NCBI GenBank assembly: GCA_963774015.1
Contig: CAVZDH010000011.1
Coordinates: 22,588 to 86,587, forward strand
Length of the DNA stretch: 64,000 nt
Direction: 5' to 3'
From: an uncultured delta proteobacterium
GTDB taxonomy: Bacteria > Desulfobacterota > Binatia > UTPRO1
Part shown: piece by piece, positions 58,153-64,000 of the stretch
Numbering within the stretch: position 1 is the first letter of the stretch
How the letters are laid out: every line of letters starts with the position of its first letter
The notes under the pieces: generated by a model
What the model saw: the letters and a program-made list of their open reading frames with translations, nothing else
What the model was told of the DNA's origin: nothing
Databases searched by the model: none
Position numbers and translations under genes: made by a program

Positions 58153-61100
58153 TCAGCCCTTGCCGTCGCCCGCCGAGCCCGGCGCGGGACCACCGAGACC
58201 GACCGCGACCATCGAACGCGCGGCGGGACCGCCGGCGAGCGGATCGTCCACGACGACACGCTCGGGCCCGACGCCTTGCCCGCTTGCGAGCGTCGCTCGG
58301 ACGCTCGTCGCGCGCGCGGCGGCGAGCTGGCGGAGCGCGGCGTCGTCGACGCTCTGGGCGGCGACCTGCTGCTCGAACCACTCGCGATGCTCGGCCGGGA
58401 CGTCCGCGGGCGTGCCGGCGGCGCGGCTGGTCAGCGCCGCCAGCACGGCCGTACGCGCCCCGCGCTCGCCGAGGTGCCGGAGCGTCCCCAGGACCCCGCT
58501 TTCCTTTTCGAGCTTGGCGCGCAGCGCCTGCTCGCGGAGCCAGCGCCGATCCTCCTCGCCCGCCTCGCCGCGCAGGTGCAGTCGCAGCGCCGGCGCCTTG
58601 GCGAGCAGGCTCGCCAGCGGCCCGAGCTTCGCCTCCTCGCCCTTCGCGAAGACCGTGCGGCCGGCGAGAAAGGCGATCGGCTGCGGTGCGAGAGAGGCGG
58701 GCTTGTCGCCGATGTGGGCGACGGCGCCCACGAGCTTCAACGGCGAGGTGACGGCGTTCAAGATCGCGCGGACGAGCGCGTTCGCGATCGTCGTGCCGAA
58801 CCCGCTTCGCATCTTCGTCGCGTCCCCCGCGACGGGGAGATCGATGACGATGTTGCCCTGGAGATCGGTGAGCAGGGAGAGAGCCAGCGAGATGGGCATC
58901 CCGAACTCGGTGGCGAAGAGCGTGTCGCCCTCGCCGCCGCGCACGTCGAGCTGGTGGAGCACGAGATGATTCTTCGTGTCGTAAGTACCGCGCCCGAGCT
59001 CGATGGTGGATTCGAGCCGCGCCGTGCCTGCGCCGACGCTGTAGCCGGTGCCGCCGGCATACGGATTGAACGGCGCGAGCGGTAGACCGGTGAGCACACC
59101 CTTCAGCCGCGAAGCCTCCGGCGCGACGTTGCCGGTCAGGGTGAGCAGCGCGCCGTCGGCGCTCTTGACGACGAGCTTCACGTCCTTCGCGCGCGGGCCC
59201 GGCCACTGTACGTCGACGGCGCCGAGATCGATGGGATCGAAGGTCGTGCGGTAGAACGGCTTCACCGTGGTGTCGCTGATCGCGAGCCGCATCTTTGCGA
59301 TCGCCAACCGATCCGTCCGCACCTGCAAGGTGGGCGGCGCCGCCGTCTCGGTCGTCGCCGCGGGAGCGCGAGGAGGCGCGGCGTTCGGGGCGGCGCTCGG
59401 CGGAGCCGGCGGCGCCGGGGAGGCACGCAGCGCCGCGGGGAGCGCGATTCCCTCCGGCGTCCGCGTGACCGTCAGCTGGGGCTCGGTGAGCGTGACGTCG
59501 CCAAGGGCGACGTCGATGGCACGCGGGGTGGTCGCGTCGCGCGCGCCGAGCACCCCGGCAGCGGTGAGGGATCGCAGCGCGACCGCGAGACGCTTCCAGC
59601 GAACCCCGAAGGCCCCCGGGTCGTCGCCCGCAACCTCGAGATCGGCGAGCGCCATGGTTCCCGAGATCCGCACCCCGTCGACGGGCGCATTCGGTGTGGC
59701 CCCGGCGGCGAGCGCGAGGTCGACGTCGGCGACCCCGCCCTTGAGCAGACGCGTCGTCGCCGTCGCGACCGGTTGCGTGAGGGGCGCGAGCGCGAGGTCC
59801 GTGATGCCGAGCTTGCCGTCGAACGCGAGCGGCGTGAGCCCGAGATCGCCGGTCAGATCGATGGTACCGCCGGACGTCGGCGCGAGCGTCAGGTGGATCG
59901 GCGTCTGGCCGGCCGCGCTGCTCGCGAGTGGTCCCGCTTCCCCGGCGACGCGGACGTCGAGCGGTGCGTCGCCGCCGAGCGCGCGGACGTCGGCGTCGGT
60001 CACGAGGGTCTTCGCGATCGTCCACGTCCACGGCCGGGCGCCATCGGCAGCGACGGCCGGCGACGTCCCCGTCGTCGCGGGCGGCGGCGAGGCGGAGCCG
60101 GGCGCTGCGGGCGCCGTCAGGCCGTACAGCACGGGCAGCGGCGCCGCGCTTCCCGGCCGCGTCACGATGCGGGCCCCATCGAGGGCGACGCGCGTCACGT
60201 CGGCATGCTGCGTGACGAAGTCGATGCCGGCGACGTCGACCGCGAGCGTGCGCCAGGCGAGCGCCTGCTCCTCGAGATCGGGGACGCGGATGTCGAGCTC
60301 GCGGAGGCCGAGCGTGCCGCGCACCGTATGGGCACCGTGCGACTCGAACCGATGCACGAGATCGGCGTCGAGCCGACCGCGGAGCTCGCTCCAGCCCGCC
60401 TTGGGAATGTACAGCCGCGCGTCCGCGATCGGGACGTTCGCCAGCACCGCGTGCGATTCGTAGGTCGGACCACCGGCGTCGCGCGAGAGCACGACCTCGA
60501 GATGGAGCGTGCCGTCTCGAATGCCGGCGTCGAGGGTGACCTTCCCGGGTGCGACCCCGCCTTTGGTGATCAACAGGGCCAAGTGATCGGCGTCGAGCGT
60601 GGGCAACGCCACCTCGACGTGCTGGGCGGGCTCGCTGACGGCGAAATCACGAAAGCCGATGCGGCCGCCCCGCAGGCCGACGCTTTGGATGAGCACCCCC
60701 CAGCCCGGACCGCCGTGTTCCGCCGCCGGCGCGCCCCCGGGGGCAGCCCCCGGAAGCACGAGCGCACCGTCCTTGGCGCGGTCGAGGCTGACGGCGACGT
60801 CCTCGAGCTCGACGCGTTGCACCTCGACGACCTTGCGGAGCGTCGCGAGGAAGCCGAAATCCACCATGAGGCGCTTGGCCGAGAAGACCGGCGCCGAGCC
60901 GGGCGGCCCGTCGCCGGCGGTGGCCGGCGTCTCGGCCGTCGGCGCGGCTGCCGCACCGCCCTCCGAGGACACTGCCGGCCGGGGAAAGACGCGGAAACCG
61001 TGCAGCGTGAACCCGCCCGTCAAGAGCGCGAGATCGACGTCATCGATCTCGATGCGCCCGACCATCGCTTGGTCGGCCTCGGCGACCACGACGCGTCGGA

Positions 61101-61224
61101 CGATGCCCGGCAGGGCGACCCGTATCGCGACCACGAGCACGACGACGACGGCGAGCACGCGATTGCGCCGTCGCGCGCAAAGGCGTCGCCAGAGCGGCGC
61201 GTCGGGCTCGGGTGCCGCGGTCAT
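58153..61224 (-). CDS. AsmA-family/DUF748 large periplasmic protein with N-terminal TM anchor
   Basis: N-terminal …VLAVVVVLVVAIRVAL… anchor. 1000-aa Ala/Gly/Thr/Val-rich beta-rich body typical of AsmA-like/DUF748 proteins. Confidence 0.6.
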   Translation of the reverse strand: MTAAPEPDAPLWRRLCARRRNRVLAVVVVLVVAIRVALPGIVRRVVVAEADQAMVGRIEIDDVDLALLTGGFTLHGFRVFPRPAVSSEGGAAAAPTAETPATAGDGPPGSAPVFSAKRLMVDFGFLATLRKVVEVQRVELEDVAVSLDRAKDGALVLPGAAPGGAPAAEHGGPGWGVLIQSVGLRGGRIGFRDFAVSEPAQHVEVALPTLDADHLALLITKGGVAPGKVTLDAGIRDGTLHLEVVLSRDAGGPTYESHAVLANVPIADARLYIPKAGWSELRGRLDADLVHRFESHGAHTVRGTLGLRELDIRVPDLEEQALAWRTLAVDVAGIDFVTQHADVTRVALDGARIVTRPGSAAPLPVLYGLTAPAAPGSASPPPATTGTSPAVAADGARPWTWTIAKTLVTDADVRALGGDAPLDVRVAGEAGPLASSAAGQTPIHLTLAPTSGGTIDLTGDLGLTPLAFDGKLGITDLALAPLTQPVATATTRLLKGGVADVDLALAAGATPNAPVDGVRISGTMALADLEVAGDDPGAFGVRWKRLAVALRSLTAAGVLGARDATTPRAIDVALGDVTLTEPQLTVTRTPEGIALPAALRASPAPPAPPSAAPNAAPPRAPAATTETAAPPTLQVRTDRLAIAKMRLAISDTTVKPFYRTTFDPIDLGAVDVQWPGPRAKDVKLVVKSADGALLTLTGNVAPEASRLKGVLTGLPLAPFNPYAGGTGYSVGAGTARLESTIELGRGTYDTKNHLVLHQLDVRGGEGDTLFATEFGMPISLALSLLTDLQGNIVIDLPVAGDATKMRSGFGTTIANALVRAILNAVTSPLKLVGAVAHIGDKPASLAPQPIAFLAGRTVFAKGEEAKLGPLASLLAKAPALRLHLRGEAGEEDRRWLREQALRAKLEKESGVLGTLRHLGERGARTAVLAALTSRAAGTPADVPAEHREWFEQQVAAQSVDDAALRQLAAARATSVRATLASGQGVGPERVVVDDPLAGGPAARSMVAVGLGGPAPGSAGDGKG

Positions 61225-61330
61225 GGTCCACCGACACTAGCATCGCGGCCGCGACACGCGCACCGACCAACGTCGACGGGTAGTGGGGGATCGCCCCCAC
61301 TACCCGTCGAGAAGAGCCGGCGAGCCGGCG

Positions 61331-62062
61331 TCAGAATGTACGCGCGACGTCGTGGCACGGCGCCCCGCTCCGCGCCGCGCGCAACATGGTGCCGGCGCCG
61401 ACGAGGGTCCAGACGCCGAAGGCCGCGAGCATCACCGCGGCGGCGCGGCGCGACGACGGCGCGCGGACGATGCTCCCGAGGCGAAACGCGGCGACCGTCG
61501 GTAGCAGGACGCCCGGCAGCGTGCCGATGCCGAAGCCGATCATCACGAGCCCCGCCGACGCCGGTCCACCCGTCGTCGCCGCGAAGCCGAGCGCGCTGTA
61601 GACGAGCCCGCACGGAAGGAAGCCCCACACGACACCGAGGGCGGCCGCGTTCACACCGCCGAGATCGTGGCGCAGCGCGACCGCCATCGGCTGCAGTCGG
61701 TGCCAGACGCGCGCGCCGAGCCGCTCGAGCACGGCCGCCGGGCGGACCACACCGGCGACGACGAGTGCCAGCGCGAGCAGCGCCACCCCGGCGAGGGCGC
61801 GGAGCACGGCGGCGCCGGTCGCGCCGAGGAGACCCACGACCGCGATGCCGAGCGTTCCGACGACCGTGCCGGCGACGGCATAGCCGAGGATGCGGCCGGC
61901 GCTCAGGCTCGCGAGCACGCGTGCGCGCGCGAGCGCCGTCGCGTCCGCCGGGATCGCGAGCGAGAACGCGGCCGCGAGGCCGCCGCACATGGCGGCGCAG
62001 TGCACGCTGCCGAGAAGCCCGAGCATGACGGCCGCCCCGAACGAGAACCAGGCGTCGGTCAC
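61331..62062 (-). CDS. DsbD_2/UreH-like transmembrane protein (HCxxMCGG…PCG family; RefSeq often labels it 'sulfite exporter TauE/SafE')
   Basis: …LGSVHCAAMCGGLAAAF… and …WGFLPCGLVYSAL… motifs. GTG start overlaps the ccoS TGA (GTGA). Confidence 0.6.
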   Translation of the reverse strand: MTDAWFSFGAAVMLGLLGSVHCAAMCGGLAAAFSLAIPADATALARARVLASLSAGRILGYAVAGTVVGTLGIAVVGLLGATGAAVLRALAGVALLALALVVAGVVRPAAVLERLGARVWHRLQPMAVALRHDLGGVNAAALGVVWGFLPCGLVYSALGFAATTGGPASAGLVMIGFGIGTLPGVLLPTVAAFRLGSIVRAPSSRRAAAVMLAAFGVWTLVGAGTMLRAARSGAPCHDVARTF

Positions 62063-62229
62063 GGGGGTAATCCCCGCCGCGGTTCGTGCTCGTCGTCGTC
62101 GAAGAGGACGCGCACCCCGGGCGTCTCGAGATCGTCGAATTGCCCGTGCCCGACGGCCCAGAAGAAGGCGCCGAGCGCGACGCCGAGCAGCAGCATCGCG
62201 AGGGGAATCAGCACGAAGAGGATGCTCAT
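62059..62229 (-). CDS. ccoS: cbb3-type cytochrome oxidase maturation protein CcoS
   Basis: MSILFVLIPLAMLLLGVALGAFFWAVGHGQFDDLETPGVRVLFDDDE… (56 aa), classic CcoS/FixS. Its start overlaps the ATPase stop (ATGA). Confidence 0.75.
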   Translation of the reverse strand: MSILFVLIPLAMLLLGVALGAFFWAVGHGQFDDLETPGVRVLFDDDEHEPRRGLPP

Positions 62230-64000
62230 GCCGCCACCTCGCGCGCGGCACGCCCGAGCTTCCACGCGTTCGCCACCACGACCAGGGAGCTCGCCGACAT
62301 GCCGATCGCCGCCCAATACGGCGGGACGATGCCGAGCGCGGCGAGCGGCACCGCGAGCCCGTTGTAGGCGACCGCCCACGCGAGGTTCTCGCCGATGACG
62401 CGCAGGGTGCGGCGCGCGAGCCGTACCGCGGCGGGAAGCGCGCGGAGATCCTCGCGCAGGAGCACGGCGTCCGCGCGTGTTCGCACGAGGTCGGTGCCGC
62501 CCCCCATCGCGATCGCGACCTCGGCGCCGCCGAGGCCGGGCGCGTCGTTCACGCCGTCGCCGATCATCAGCACGACGCCGCCCGCCGCCTGGATCGCGCG
62601 CACGTGGGCGAGCTTCGCCTCCGGCGTCGCGCGGCTCACGGCGGTCGCGACGCCGAGCCGCTCCGCCAGCCGCTCGACCGCGGGCGCGGCGTCGCCGCTC
62701 AGCGATCTGTACCTCGAGCCCGAGCGCGCGGAGGGCGGCGACGGCGGCCGGCGCCTCGGCGCGGAGCTCGTCGTCGAGCTCGAACCAGCATCGCGGCCGT
62801 CGGCCGCGGCGAGCAGCACCCAGGTCGCTCCGTCGGCGGGCGGGATCGCGGCGGCACCCGGCACGAGCTCGGCCGCCCACTCGGGAACGCCGAGACGCAC
62901 CGTGAGGCCGTCGACGACGGCCTCGATGCCAGTGCCCGCGACCGCGACTCGTGCGCTCGATACGGGGGCGCACCGCCGAACTGGGCGGTCGCGCGCGAAC
63001 GCGGCCGCGATCGGATGGCTCGAGCGGCCTTCGAGCGCGCCGCGGCGAGCGCCGAGGCACGCGTCGAGCGCCGCGGGCCAGCGGCACCGCGCGCAGCAGG
63101 CGGAACGCCCCTCGGTGAGCGTGCCGGTCTTGTCGAAGACGACGTGCGTCGCCTTGCCAGCCCTTCGAGCACGTGCTCCCGGGTCGATGAGCAGGCCGCG
63201 GCCGACGAGCGCGCCGGTGGCGGCGGTGAGCGCGGCCGGGGTGGCGAGCGACAGCGCGCACGGGCAGCTCACCACCAGCACGGCGAGCGCGATCCACAGC
63301 GCGCGCGCGGGATCGACGAAGCAGCCACGCGAGCGACCGCGAGCCGCCGCCAGCAGCGAGCACGGCGGGCACGAAGATCCGCGCGATCGCGGTCGGCGAC
63401 GCGGGCGAGCCGCGGGCGGGCGCGACCGGCACCGTCGACCAGGCGGACGACGGCCGGGAGCGTGGTGTCGGCGCCGACGCGATCGACGGCGACGATGAGC
63501 GGGCTCTCGCCGTTCTGCGTCCCGCCGACGACGGCGTCGCCGGCCGCGCTTGGGCCGCGGCCAGTGCTCGCCGGTGAGCATCGCCTCGTTGACCCAGCCC
63601 TCGCCGCCGGCCACGTGGCCGTCGGCGGGCAACGGTCTCGCCGGGCTTCACGAGCACGCGGTCGCCGACGGCGAGCTCGTAGACGCCGACCAGCGTCTCG
63701 GCGTCGTCGGCCGCGAGCCGCGTCGCGGCGGCCGGCGGTCGACGGAGCGCGCGCTCGACGGCGGTCGCGGCCCGGTGCCGGGTTCGCATCTCGATGAAGC
63801 GTCCGAGCGCGAGGAGGAAGACGAACATGCAGACCGACTCGAAATAGACCTCGCCGCGGCCGAGCCAGGCGGCGACGAGGCTGGCGGCGAAGGTGAGCCC
63901 GATGGCGAGCGCGACCGGGACGTCCATGCCGATGCGCCGCCCGCGCAGAGGTCGCGCCAGGCGTTCACGAAGAACGGGCGGCCCGCGATCACGACGACCG
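62226..64000 (-). pseudogene. heavy-metal (Cu) P1B-type ATPase, CcoI/FixI/CopA-like; 3' ~1.8 kb only (5' end beyond window), multiple frameshifts
   Basis: P-type motifs scattered over three frames: …VFDKTGTLTEG…, …GDGVNDAPGL…, …MLTGE… and the C-terminal …SLVVVANAWKLGR. ORFs 62226-63632, 62059-63927 and 63648-63992 each carry part of it. Confidence 0.55.

Noticed and set aside
56318-60031. Single 1237-aa ORF that would fuse the ABC transporter with upstream sequence
   Set aside because: The N-terminal ~650 aa are an off-frame shadow of the AsmA-like gene (58153-61224). The ABC protein starts at the first GTG (58063) after the stop codon and gives the expected ~580-aa SbmA/YddA-type length.
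1-64000. Search for rRNA, tRNA and CRISPR arrays
   Set aside because: No rRNA-like conserved stretches, no cloverleaf-compatible tRNA beyond a weak T-loop-like remnant at ~13545, and no regularly spaced direct repeats with spacers.

Overview
This is a 64-kb, roughly 70% GC bacterial chromosomal segment with Gram-negative-type envelope genes. Many genes start with GTG, often overlapping the upstream TGA stop as GTGA. The taxon cannot be named from sequence alone.

Left third (1-16 kb): a TPR membrane protein, a fluoride riboswitch followed by crcB and a DUF190 gene, a convergent MFS/NUDIX/DHH block, an SDR, and an fcl-GT2 operon. This part is interrupted by a ~3.1-kb AT-rich (about 50% GC) degraded island carrying an Abi-like pseudogene and IS1595 transposase debris, then an amidase.

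Middle (16-32 kb): an orphan CheY-like receiver; a cluster of secreted proteins (FGE-sulfatase-domain protein, DUF1566 protein, a small secreted protein, and a ~1045-aa YVTN-propeller/di-haem peroxidase/TSP3 protein); a receiver plus cytidylate-kinase-like operon; and an ECAM-type alpha-2-macroglobulin with a CLEQ thioester, translationally coupled to PBP1C. Both the alpha-2-macroglobulin and pbpC carry one frameshift each.

Right half (32-64 kb): a truncated OLD/Gabija-type ATPase fragment; an OYE flavoprotein; an XRE-family membrane regulator; a HemY-like gene, an AhbD/NirJ-like radical-SAM/SPASM gene and a rubrerythrin-like gene in a row; and a denitrification island, norC-norB-norQ-norD-nirK-nirV-sco-porin. 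The island is flanked by a hemerythrin gene, a Crp/Fnr regulator, an NnrS-hemerythrin fusion and two tandem frameshifted ferritin-like genes. Further right are a VapBC pair, an SbmA/BacA-like ABC transporter, an AsmA-like protein, and ccoS with a DsbD_2 gene and a frameshifted partial Cu-ATPase that runs off the window.

Two unrelated MITE-like families each occur twice. Family A is ~135 bp with 19-22-bp terminal inverted repeats; family B is ~172 bp with 23-bp terminal inverted repeats flanked by TA. No rRNA, tRNA or CRISPR array was found.
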